Positions 41,431 to 53,909 of a stretch of DNA of 64,000 nt are shown piece after piece. The notes under the pieces are model-generated. The model worked only from the letters and a program-made list of their open reading frames with translations. It searched no databases and was not told where the DNA came from. Within the stretch, counting starts at the first letter, position 1; each line of letters begins with the position of its first letter. Source of the stretch: Paraspadella gotoi. Lineage: Eukaryota; Animalia; Chaetognatha. Position numbers and translations under genes: made by a program. The DNA is taken from NCBI GenBank assembly GCA_051294375.1, contig CM119263.1, positions 28,557,280 through 28,621,279 of the forward strand, given 5' to 3'.

Positions 41431-41626
41431 ATTGTGGCGCCTCACAATCCTATTGGCTCACAGGGGGAACGCACCATCCCAAGTGATGCGTTCCATCCAC
41501 AGTGCTAACGACCGTCCTAGGGTAACCGCGCCAGTGACTGGAGACGTAACTGAGGGTCGGAAGACCCCAAGGCAAACAGTGAGATGCCCTTTCTCAATGG
41601 GCATCACAGGCAACCCGGCTGTTGCC
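41431..41626 (+). ncRNA. Candidate structured RNA or repeat element (multi-hairpin)
   Basis: Five hairpins: ggaacgca/tgcgttcc, cagtgac/gtaactg, gggtc-ggaa-gaccc, gatgccc/gggcatc, ggcaac/gttgcc. Conserved blocks are shared with 38521-38692(-). Confidence 0.4.
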
Positions 41627-43146
41627 ATAGGGTTTCGTTACAGGATAGAGAGAGAAATATTCTCACGCAACTGACGAGATAAAAATATGTGTGTATCAAG
41701 ATGTGAGCGTGGTTGTGAGCATAAACGTGGGCATAGTAGAAGTGTGGGAAGAGAAAGAAGTGTGCGTGGGTTTTTAAAGGAAAACCGATTTAATTAAAAG
41801 AGTCGTGATTCGAAGAGAAAATTGTAGGGCGTCTAAATGTGGGAAAATTAACAGGTTTGCGACGACGACGTCAAAGGAACGGAAGAAAAAAAAATTGCAA
41901 AATGAATACCTCTACTTTGATTTCTTAAATTTTCAATTAGAGGATTGCCAGCGAGATAGCTAAATAGTTTGTTAGTTTTATACAGCTTAACTAACTATTG
42001 TTTTCAGACTAGCTATTAGCGATCCTGCGTGGAAGCTTGCTTGCAACAGCGTGTTACATCTGACGCAGCGATATTTCGATCTTCAGCGATCCCGGAACTT
42101 CTTTCTATTTACGATAATCTCGCATCTTCCTTTCCTAATTTTTCCCCTTTTTTTTTTCCTTTCCTCATTTTTCCCCTTTTTTTTCCTTTCCTTATTTTCC
42201 CCCAACCTTGACTTTTCTCCCTTCCTTTTTTTTGTCTCTCTATCCGGGAAGTCGACGTCGACTTGACTCTCATATATCCTGTTCCACTTTAAATAATCCC
42301 AAGTCCGAAGTCAAAAGCCGCCAATTCCACTTTTGCTGCCAAAAGTATTTTCTCTCTCTTTTCACCTCTCTCTCCCTCTCTCCCTCTCCTCTTCTCCCTC
42401 TCCCTCCCACCCTTCTCCCTCTCGCCATCCACGAATTCCATTTTTTTTACTCCAAATTTTCGATCCTTTTTTTTTTATCCTCATTTTTTTTAGTTTTTGT
42501 ATGAAACGAACATTTTTTTGGAACTTTACTTTAATAAAGTCAACGCCATTTTTTTCGTTAGACTAGCCTCGACTAATTTCATTACTTTCTCAAAATATAT
42601 CTTTTGATACAAGTATTATAAGTCAGTACCTCTCTATTCTCTTCCTACCGCTTTCCTCTTTTACAAAATTCTCATCTCCTTTTCTGTTTCTCCCCCGCCC
42701 TTCAAAACTTCTCTTCTCTGTTTTTCTCTCCTCACCGCGACTCCCAGAACTTCTCTTCCTCTCGGCTCCCCCGTCCCCCGTCCCCTTCTTCTTGCCCATA
42801 TGGGCTCCCTCCTCTCTCCCAATCCCCTCCCCTCTTTCTCCCCTCCCCATTCTTTGCCCCAAATTTTTCCGTTCTGCCAAATTCCAATTCTGACCACGAC
42901 TACGGAATAAAAAAAGAGAATCGAATCGCAAAAATCTCAGATTTTCGTCGAATCTTCTGTGGGGAAAAATCGGGACGCACAACCCAAAGGAATTATGCAT
43001 TAGGATAAGTTTAGCCGCGCCCGCGACGCCTCCCTGGCGCTGCTTTATATCGCGAGAAAGTCACGGAGCCACAAAAATGAGCATCTCTGAATTTTCGTCA
43101 GGTTTTTGCAAAGTTGCGACGCATCAATTTGCGCAGTCGCACTCAC

Positions 43147-43252
43147 CTCTGAGTCTCTGACATAAGCAAACTTGTAGCTGCGTCGATCCAAAGCATCTGT
43201 ATCGACGGAGCAGCTGAACCTGATTCTTTGTTTAAAAAAGTAACAGCAACAC
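43147..43252 (-). other. Isolated exon-like segment of an unidentified minus-strand transcript
   Basis: ctctttggattccag| 106 nt |gtgagt, with open frame CCCYFFKQRIRFSCSVDTDALDRRSYKFAYVRDSE. Partner exons not found. Confidence 0.3.
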
Positions 43253-46200
43253 CTGGAATCCAAAGAGAGAAACAAAAGAGCAGAACACACACAAAAAAAA
43301 TACTGAGATGAACTTTTTTTTTACTCTTTTCATTTTTCTTTTTTTTTTCTTTTTCCAGATTAAACTGTGATGCGGTAAAAGTGAGGAAATATTTAATTTA
43401 AAGCTAAAACCTCAATTACGATGATTTTGTAGAGTTAAAGACGAGAAATATGCAATGAGGGGAAAAAAAAGAAAATAAGAACCGGGAAAAAAAGGGAAAA
43501 AATTAGAAAATGAGAAAGAAAGTGAGAAAGAAGAGAAATTTACGATTTGGAAATGAGAGAGTAAGTTAACCTAACTCTTATTTTCATAAGACACCTTTGC
43601 ATTTTATTTGTCATTTTTACAATCTTTATATCTTTAAAAATATTGAATGCTCCTCAATAAATATAAACAAATTTTCAAAGTCATCCCTAGCTATCTTCGC
43701 TTTTCCCAAAAAATACTTCAACGTCAGGTCTAATTCTATTTTCATCCTTTTCCAAACTTGAAGGTGAGTTTTTTTCGTTTGCGAATCAGAAGCGAGGAAA
43801 AAAAAGAAAATTATTCTGGCATTTAGAAGAAAGATGAAACGGTAAGCAAACGAACGCAAAGAAAGAGAGAAAGAAAAGAAAGAAGTTAACCAAAATAACA
43901 GAATTCCGCTGATTTCCAAAAAAAAAGAGATTATCAAAAATACTGAGAGGCTAAGATAGATCACCAGACCACGACCCATACGACGACTGACTTTTACACC
44001 TCAAAACGGAAAAAGGATCTTTGACTTGTTCTGAAAAGGTTTAAGGGGAGCACGGAGAAAACTTCGTTCATAATTCTTCGCCGTGCGTCTGGGTGATCTA
44101 CAGGAAGGGTTGAACGTGAGTCTGGACAAAGTTGTGGTGAGTCGGTGAAGGATGAAGGATAAGGGAAAGTCCAGAGGGAATTAGGATGAAGGTTTGAATC
44201 CGGTAAAGAATGACGAGCGTACAGGTAAATGGAATCCAGAAGGGAAGAAAGCAGACATATATGAAGATACAAGTGTACAATCATATATCAAAATTTACAT
44301 AGCTTCAACATGCAAATTGAGCGCTACGATTTTTTAATCCTTCACGGAATTTCTTTTTTCACAATCTTGAATTTTTAAATGCCTTTTTGGCTTTCTATGA
44401 ATCTTGCCCAATTTATTAGCAAGTAAATATTCCTTTTCAACAGGCAAAACATAAAAAATTTTAACCACTAAATAATTTTTATTCACGAAAATTACTCTCT
44501 CTCTCGGACGAAGTTTCAACCATAAATTTATCACAAGTAACAGTTTTTTTTTCTTTCTTCTTCGATTCCTTCGCCGTCGCTCGGTAATTGGCGGGAAAAT
44601 CGGTGCTGTCGCCCTATTTGCGTCGATCGTGTTTCAAGTTAAGGTCCTTTCTATCACCTTGAACGATAATTCCCGACAATGTTGAAATCTTATTTTTAAG
44701 ATTTTTAATTTTTTAAAATATTAAATTTAAAATACTCATTTAAACTCCGCCAAAGGTAAAGGCGCTTCGCTTACTTGATTTTAAAAAAACCTCGTCTTTT
44801 TTCTCCCTCGCCTCTTCAAACCTTTATAAAAGTGAAAGGGAAAGAGAAAAAGAAAGGAGGGAGTAATGGAGGGATTGAGGGGGAGGGGAGAAAAAGGGGT
44901 TGGGGCAGACAAAGAAGATAAGGAAAAGGTTTCGTAAATAGTCATCTTCGTGTGAGAAATGGACAAAAAAAAACTAGAAGGAAAAAAATGAAGAAAAAAT
45001 GGAAGGAAAAGTCAACGGAGACGTCATTTCTTTTATGGGGCGGGCTGGGGGGGAAGGACTGAGCGGAGGAGGCTGGGGGGGAGACAGTAGAGGTTAGCTT
45101 GGGATGGGAATAGGGATTGGGACGAAGAGAGGAATTGTGCGGCCCCACAATCCCTATTGTGTCACAAGGGAGGAACCACCATCCCAAGCTATGCGTTCCG
45201 TCCACGTTCTACGACTTCCCGCGTTAACGAGACCGTCCTAGGGTAACCGCGCCAGTGACTGGAGACGTAACTGAGGGCGGAAGACCCCAAGGCAAACGTG
45301 AGATGCCCTTTCTGCATGGCATCAACAGGCACACCCCGGCTGTTTGCCATTAGGGGTTTCGTTACAGGATCAGAGAGTAAATATTCTCACGCAACTTGAC
45401 GAGATTAAAAATATGTGTGTATCAAAGATGTGAGCGTGGTTGTGAGCATAAAACGTGGGCATAGTAGAAGTGTGGGAAGAGAAAGAAGTGGTGCGTGGGT
45501 TTTTAAAGCAGGAAACCGATTTAATTAAAGAGTCGTGTTCGAAGAGAAAATGTTTAGGGGGTCTAAATGTGGGAAAATTAACAGGTTTGCGACGACGACG
45601 GTCAAAGGGAGACGGAAGAAAAAAAAATTGCAAAATGAATACACCTCTACTTTGATTTCTTAAAATTTTGCAATTAAGAGATGTGCCAGCGAGATTAGCT
45701 AATAGTTTGTTATTTATACAGCTTTAACTAACTATGTTTTTCAGGACTAGCTATTAGCGATCCTGCGTGAAGGCTTGCTTGCAACAGCGTGTTACTCTGA
45801 CGCAGCGATATTTTCGACTTTCGCGACCCGGAACTTCTTTCCTTATCTTACGATAATCTCGACATCTTCCCTTTCCTAATTTTTCCCCTTTTTTTTTCCT
45901 TCCCTCATTTTTCCCTTTTTTTTCCTTTTCCTTATTTCCCCAACCTTGACTTTTCTCCTTCCCTTTTTTTGTCTCTCTATCCGGGAAGTCGACGTCGACT
46001 TGACTCTCATATATGCCCTGTTCCAGCTTAAATAATCCAAGTCCGAAGTCAAAAGCCCGCCAATTCCACTTTTGCTGCCAAAAGTATTTTTTTCTTCTTT
46101 CTTCTTTTCACCTCTCTTCCCTCTCTCCCTCTCCCTCTTTCCCTCTCCCTCACCACCCTTCTCCTCTCTCGCCATCCGCGAAGTTCTATTTTTTTTCTAC

Positions 46201-47738
46201 TCCAAATTTTCGATCCATTTTTTTTGTATCCTCATGTTTTTCTCTATGTTTTTGCGGTGAAACGAACATTTTTTTGAAAAAATTTACTTTAATAAAAGTC
46301 GACAGTAGCGCAATTTTTATTCGTGTAGACTAGCCTCGACTAATTTCTATTACTTTCTCAAAATATAGTCTTTTGATACAGTATTATCAAGTCAGTCCCT
46401 ACCTTCCTACGCTTCCTCCTTTCTAAATGCTCATCCTACCCTTTCTCTGTTTCCCCGCCCAAAATTCTCTTCATTTCTTTTCTCCCCCGCCTCTGTCCAC
46501 AAACTTCTCTCATCTCTTCTGGTCCCGTGCCGCGCGTCACCCTTCACTCGTTCGCACTCTTCGTCAATCTCCCCCGTCCCGCTCCCTCTCTCCTACCTCT
46601 CTCCCAATCCCCTCCCCTCTTTCTCCACCTCCCCATTCTTTGCCCCAAATTTTCTCCTGCTCTGCCAAATTCCATTCCCTGCACCACGACTGCACGAATA
46701 AAAAAAAGAGAATCGAATCGCAAAAGATCTCAGATTTTCGTCGAATCTCTGTGGGGAAAAATCGGGACCGCATAACCCAAAGGAATTAGTCAATTAGGAA
46801 AGTTTAGCCGCGCGCCGCGACGGCCTCCTGGCGCTGCGTTTGATTATGCGCGAGAAGTCAGCGGGAGCCACAAAAATGAGCATGCTGCTCGAATTTTTCT
46901 CAGTTTTTGGCAAAGTTGCGACCGCAGTCAATTTGCGCAGTCGCACTCACCTCTGAGTCTCTCTGGACATAAGCAAAGCTTGTAGCTGCGTCGATCGCAA
47001 AGCATGCTGTATCTGACGGACAGCGCTGAACCTGATTTCTTTGTTTAAAAAAGTAACAGAAACACCCTGGAATCCAAAGAGAGAAACAAAGAGCAGAAAC
47101 ACACACAAACAAAATACTGAGATGAACTTGTTTTGTTACTCTTTTCATTTTTCTTTTGTTTTTCTTTTTTCCAGGATATAAACTGGTGATGCCGGTAAAG
47201 GTGAGCGAAATTATTTAATTAAAGCTTAAAACCTCATTACGATGATTTTGTAGAGTTAAAGACGAGAAAATATGCAATTAGGCGGAAAAAAAGAAAATAA
47301 GAACCGGCGGGGAAAAAAAGGAAAAGAAATTAGAAAATGAGAAAGAAAGTGAGAAGAGAGAAAATTTACGATTTTGGAAATGAGATGAGTAGTTTACCTA
47401 ACTCTTTTTTTCATAAGACACCCTTTGCATTTTATTTGTCATGTTTGTACAATTTTATATCTTTAAAAAATATTGAATGCTCCTCAATAATATAAAACCA
47501 AATTTTCAACATAGGTCATGAACCCGTAGCTATCTTCGCTTTTCCCAAAAAATACTGTCAACGTCAGGTCTAATTCATTGTTCATTCCTTTTCCAAACTT
47601 GAGGTCGAGTTTTTTTCGTTTGCGAATCAGAAGCAGGAAAAAAAAGAAAGCGCGAAAAAAGATGGAAAGAAAAAAAGATTGCAACGAGAGAGAGAAGATA
47701 GAGAGAGAGAGAGNNNNNNNNNNNNNNNNNNNNNNNNN

Positions 47739-47770
<32 letters not shown>

Positions 47771-49632
47771 TGAGAGAGCTTTCTTTGTGAGCTTTATTCC
47801 GGGGAACGGCTTAACTTACCTTGCCTCACCTTTTCATCGTCGTCGTCAACGTCGTGCTCTGTGCGTAGATTTTAAAAAACGTCGGACGATCAGCAAAGGG
47901 GAACTAAAAACATCTTTCGAGTTTCTTTGCGTCATTAACGTGAAAATAATCACGTGAATATATTACCAGGCGCCGATGGCATCACGAATGGACGAGTGAT
48001 CAAATTGCGTTCATCACTTCAGATATCTATTTTTTAAATCACAAGAAATCAACTGAAATCAAAGAAAATTCATTTCCAAATATCAATTCTATTATTTTTT
48101 TCATTTCATTTCAATTCATTGATTGATGTAATAGTAATATCAATTCTATTATTTTATATTATTGCTCCCAATAAAAATTAAACGTCTAAGTCTTAGTCTT
48201 AAATTAAACTCAGTCTAAGTCTTAAACTCAGATTTAAAAAAAATATTACGGTCGAAGCCAATGAATTTCATTCAAATCATTAAAAATCACAAAAAGCATA
48301 AATATTACACGATGACTGGTAATTTAAATAATGTTTTACGTCATCCCTAAAAATCAGTAATAGTTCGCTAATGTTTGTCCCTCGGTTTGCATGGATCTGG
48401 TTTTAAATTTGAACTCAAAGAAAAAGGGCAAAGGTCGTGGGAACCTTAACTTGTCTCTTTTTGGCCAGATTCAATCACGCGTTTTTAATCTAATCTAACT
48501 AATCTTACAAATATAATCTGCGAAAATACTAATCCTATCGGATTATTTTCTAATAAAAGAATATATGACCATATTTTCTAAAAGCGTCCGATTTCATTTT
48601 AGTTTGAAGATAAGGTTAAGGATTAAGTAAGGGGTTAGGGATTTAGTAAAAAAATATGGTAAGATTTTGGGTTAGAATCAAGATCAGGGATGAAGGAACA
48701 GAGATAAGACCCTTTCGGAAAAATATTTTCTAAGAAATCATTTTCTTGAGGATTTTTGAATCACATCATTTTCTTATGTATATATATATTAACCTACAAA
48801 TTCATAAAGGTCGGATGTTTAAAACTTTATTTCGTTCCGACCTCAAAAAAAGAAAAAAAAAACTTGCAAAAATTTTCTTCCTCTGGGAAAAAAGAGTTGC
48901 GATTAAATTGGGTGACACTTGTTTGTTTTTCGGGCCGATGCTCTTTTTTTTCTTTTTGTTTTTTTTTTTGTTTTTGCCCAAAACCCGAAACCTGACGTCA
49001 AAATTCACCGCGACGCGAATTTTTTTCCCCCCCTTTCATTTTTTTTTGTTTCTCAATTTATTTTTGTTGCGTCCTCTTTCTTCCTTTATGGCTTACTCTG
49101 TATCTTTTCTTTCTTTCAATCTTTCCTTCTTTCTTTCTCTCTTTGCCTCATTTTTTTGTTTCTTGTTTTCTTTATTTCTTTTTTCATTTCTTTTTTTCTT
49201 TTTTTCTGTTTTTCCTTCTGCGCTTCTCTCTTTATATTTTCTTTCTTTCTTATATTTCATTACTTTTTTACTATTTACTTTCTCTCTTCTTACTTTTACA
49301 TTTTGCTTTCCTTTTTCTTTTTTTCTTTTCTTCTTTTAATTTCTTTTTTTCATATTTGATTTTACTTTTTCTCTTTCCTTTTCAATTTTTTTCTTCATTT
49401 CCTCTTTCTAACTTCCTTCCTTTTCCTTTTACTTTTTTGGTCCCTTATTCATTTCTAAATTCTTTCTCTCTTTCTATCTTTCTTTACTTCCTTCTCTTTT
49501 TCTATCCAATTTTTCTCTCTCTCTTCCGCCTCCGCTTCCCTTTTTTTAGCGTCTTTCTGTTTTTAATTTTCTCTGTTTTCTTTTTTGTTTGATGCCAAAT
49601 CTCACCGACGAATCAATTTATTTCTGTGGCTC

Positions 49633-49695
<63 letters not shown>

Positions 49696-49933
49696 TCGCT
49701 CTCACCTTTACCTTCACATTCAGACCTCATTTAAGATTAATTCCGTGAAACTTTTTTCAACTAAAGAGATTAAAATACGAAACCAAAATGAGGCCCGACG
49801 ATTCAATTGCGAAAAAACGAAATTCCATGTGCAAAACTTTGGAAAATCTTTGGATGTCTCGCCTTCACTTTCACGCGGCTTTGCTCTTGGTGAGATTAAA
49901 ATCAAAACAGGATTTGGATGGTGACTCAGGGAA

Positions 49934-49971
<38 letters not shown>

Positions 49972-50381
49972 ATTGTAAATAAAGAGTATCAGTTCTTACT
50001 AATTTCACTCTTCACACAATTTTAGTCAGATCTACTTATCGCTGATTCAGACTCTATAATCCACTTGTCGATTCAGCCGGTCCTACCCGAAAATCTTTTC
50101 GATAAATCACTTATATAAATAATAAAAATTATAATTATTAAAACTAAAATCAAATAAATATAAAAAAATGAAAGTTGCAAAATTACTTTTTATTGTCATT
50201 TATCACCCGAGTAGCTACTTACCTCTAAATAATCCTGGACAGATCCGACGTTGTTCGCTCAAACTTGTTTGTACATCAGATGAGATTATGTATATGATAA
50301 TATTTTCATCTTTTCCCATTTCATGACCATCAACCAACCCCTCACCCCCGAACTCACACTCCTCACCCTCCCCCCCCTCAG

Positions 50382-51198
50382 ACCGCTTCATCCCTCACTC
50401 TCGTCCACCCCTGCGTCGTCCACCAAGGACACTTCCCCCAAATGTCCGTGGAAGAGATTCTCTCGCGCGCCGACGTCGTCGTTTGGGGTCGCAACGAGCG
50501 ACACTTCTTCCCTCGACCCGACGATCATCTCGAGAACTCTCTCTTCAAAGTCTACTGCGTCTTCAAGGTTTGGGGAGCGGGGTTTGGTTTTTGTTTTGTG
50601 GGAGGTGGGAATCGGGTGTTTGTTTTTTTTTTTTTTTCAAGTCAGTTTTTTTTTCAAGTATAACTATAGATTTTATTATAGTTGACGTTTCTGTTTCGCG
50701 CTATATCAAGGTTGATCATGTTTAGTTTTTGAATTATGGAGGCTTCACTTTTTGTTTTATGTCTTAGTGTTTTGTGTCTAATTAAAAAGAAAATGTTTTC
50801 TCACGCGTAATCCATATAATAGTTATCATCATAATCACTGACATAAACCTCCTTTTCTTCTCCAGGACGACGGCGTCTCCATCTCTCACAACATCACCAT
50901 CCACGATGTCTCCCCCATCAATTCCTGCAAAGGAGAATCATTGACTCCCGGCGCAGAGTATCTCATTTGCTTGAGACGGAGTTCAGAGTTTCCCGAACTT
51001 TTCGAGGTTTGATTGCGGCGGGGACGAGGGCCGATGAAGCCTTCGGGCATTTTATAGAATGCATACCAAATCTAGGGAGAGTGTGTTTATAATCAAAAAG
51101 AATTTAAAAATAGGAGCGAGATCTAGTTTATTTATTGAATGAATGGATAATTTTATATTGGTTGTACCAATTTCATAAATATAGTTTTAAAACGTCTA

Positions 51199-51238
<40 letters not shown>

Positions 51239-52218
51239 GTAGTTTCAACCTTCGAGTTTCAAATCAATTTCTTTGGTTTCGCGATCGATTGATCGATTAT
51301 ATTTTGTTTAATGTTTTGTTATGTTCTATTATCATTTATTTGTTATCGTTTATTCATTCGGCCCTTAATCTCCCGGTCACCCCACCCTACCCTTACCCTT
51401 ACCGCAGCTCCACTCCCTCAAGGACAACAAGCTGCAGCCCGTTTCCTTTCCTTCGCCTTCATACGATCAACTCGGCCACGCGGCCAACGTCTGCGGTCTT
51501 CAACAAGTCCGTCCGAGCGGGACGGGGGGCGGCGGCGGCGGCGGCGGCGGAGGCGGCGGCGGCGGAGGCGGCGGCATTGGTGAGTTATCATCAAGATTTC
51601 TATTGGCGATGAAAGACATAACATATTCTCTAATTATTAATATCAATTTTTTATGTCATTTTTTTTATCAATATAAGTGATCTTACGTCATTTTACGTCA
51701 TTTTACCTCACGTTCGTTATTTGTGGTCATTGCTGATGGTCATTTATTATCAGGCAATGGAGTAACGGAGAGAAAATGCCCCCGGTCGACGGTGGACAAA
51801 GATAACTGCATTCGTGTTGATAAAAAGGCATTTTCAGGTGAGAGATTGCAATAGATTGATCAATATCTTTGTTGCTGCAATAGCTGGGTCAGTGAATTTT
51901 TATCAAATCATTTACGAGTAATAAATAACGAAATATTAGTAATAATTTATCATGTAACATTTTTTATCGTTTCCTGATTACCGATCAGGCTTGGAATCTT
52001 CTTCGAACTCTTATTCCACCAACTACAACAACAACAACAACGAAAACAATAACGACAACAGCAACAACGTCGTGACGACGCCTAGCGACGCCGTCAACAC
52101 ATGGAGTCACTCGTCGGTCAAAGACGGCGACGCCGGCAACGCCGCTTTCTCCGCGGCGCCCTCCTCTTTCATGCTGCTCCTTCTCCCGACTCTGTTCGCC
52201 CTGGCGGCGTTTCGATGA
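50382..52218 (+). CDS. GPI-anchored cell-surface protein with an NtA (agrin N-terminal)/TIMP-like OB-fold-like domain, 5' partial; exons 50382-50567, 50866-51006, 51408-51579, 51754-51837, 51989-52218
   Basis: Phases 0,0,1,1 are consistent. Motifs HPC..SVEEILSRADVVVWG..FKVYCVFK..NITI..SC..LTPGAEYLICL..VCGL..CP..C, poly-Gly and Asn-rich linkers, and small residues followed by a hydrophobic C-terminus (GNAA..FMLLLLPTLFALAAFR*). Signal-peptide exon not found. Confidence 0.75.
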
Positions 52219-52528
52219 ACTAATTCCGCGATTGTCTTTTGTTTCCTTTTTCGATGTGATGGCCTTTTCGTTTGTGTCCCATTGTGAGCGCGCGTTTGTT
52301 TGCTTCGAATACAATCTTCTTGAATATTCTTTTTTTCTATTTTGGAAATTTAATAAGCTTGTACGTAATTAAAATTCAATTTTAAGTTAGTAAACTCGGC
52401 AATTGTGTAAAATGCTATATTGTCAATTTTAGTATATTTTTATGAAATGAGTTACATTACTCAGTTCTCGATTGTGTTACCTAGCGATAAAATATGTTGC
52501 CGGTTAAAAAAGAATGGGGGTGAGAGAA

Positions 52529-52627
<99 letters not shown>

Positions 52628-53015
52628 AGAGAGAGAAGAGAGAGAGAGAGAGAGAAAGGAGAGAGAGAGAGAGAGTTAGAGAGTGAGAGCGAGACATTCT
52701 GGGTATACAGACCCCAATATATGATCTCCTAAACGCGCGACACGAATTTCAATGTTGTCTTTCTCCTTCAACTCCTTTTAACGACCCCACCGCAACGCCG
52801 CCCGCCGCCACGCCCCACGCGCCCGACGCCGCCACGCCGCCACGCCGTCCACGCCCACGCGTTCCACGCCGCCGACGCCGGTGCTCCCGTTCATCGAACG
52901 AACTTTCGAAATTCGGCACCGGTAGATTTTTCGACGCCGGTTCAATAGACTCGAATTCAAAGCACGAACCTCGTCGGGTTTCCGGCGCTGGAATATCTCC
53001 TCTCACAACAACAAA

Positions 53016-53909
53016 NNNNNNNNNNNNNNNNNNNNNNNNNNNNNNNNNNNNNNNNNNNNNNNNNNNNNNNNNNNNNNNNNNNNNNNNNNNNNNNNNNNNN
53101 NNNNNNNNNNNNNNNNNNNNNNNNNNNNNNNNNNNNNNNNNNNNNNNNNNNNNNNNNNNNNNNNNNNNNNNNNNNNNNNNNNNNNNNNNNNNNNNNNNNN
53201 NNNNNNNNNNNNNNNNNNNNNNNNNNNNNNNNNNNNNNNNNNNNNNNNNNNNNNNNNNNNNNNNNNNNNNNNNNNNNNNNNNNNNNNNNNNNNNNNNNNN
53301 NNNNNNNNNNNNNNNNNNNNNNNNNNNNNNNNNNNNNNNNNNNNNNNNNNNNNNNNNNNNNNNNNNNNNNNNNNNNNNNNNNNNNNNNNNNNNNNNNNNN
53401 NNNNNNNNNNNNNNNNNNNNNNNNNNNNNNNNNNNNNNNNNNNNNNNNNNNNNNNNNNNNNNNNNNNNNNNNNNNNNNNNNNNNNNNNNNNNNNNNNNNN
53501 NNNNNNNNNNNNNNNNNNNNNNNNNNNNNNNNNNNNNNNNNNNNNNNNNNNNNNNNNNNNNNNNNNNNNNNNNNNNNNNNNNNNNNNNNNNNNNNNNNNN
53601 NNNNNNNNNNNNNNNNNNNNNNNNNNNNNNNNNNNNNNNNNNNNNNNNNNNNNNNNNNNNNNNNNNNNNNNNNNNNNNNNNNNNNNNNNNNNNNNNNNNN
53701 NNNNNNNNNNNNNNNNNNNNNNNNNNNNNNNNNNNNNNNNNNNNNNNNNNNNNNNNNNNNNNNNNNNNNNNNNNNNNNNNNNNNNNNNNNNNNNNNNNNN
53801 NNNNNNNNNNNNNNNNNNNNNNNNNNNNNNNNNNNNNNNNNNNNNNNNNNNNNNNNNNNNNNNNNNNNNNNNNNNNNNNNNNNNNNNNNNNNNNNNNNNN
53901 NNNNNNNNN
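53016..53909. other. Assembly gap (largest; others at 8532, 10491, 39218, 47714, 54370, 54851, 55159)
   Basis: Run of N. Confidence 1.

Larger units (their letters stand above)
40148..47650. repeat. Tandem duplication (40148-43810 and 43811-~47650); second copy noisy; probable assembly artefact
   Basis: Both copies start ttattctggcatttagaagaaagatga and end tgcgaatcagaagc. Copy 2 is ~5% longer from scattered 1-nt insertions and is followed by a 25-N gap (47714-47738). Confidence 0.95.

Noticed and set aside
41600-41626. Resemblance of acaggcaacccggct to RNase P conserved region V
   Set aside because: No matching CR-I (GGAARNUC) upstream to form P4.
48746-49592. Long Phe/Leu/Ser-rich membrane-like ORFs (also 25359-25994, 88-756 and poly-ER/SL ORFs)
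   Set aside because: Translations of pyrimidine-rich or (GA)n low-complexity DNA.
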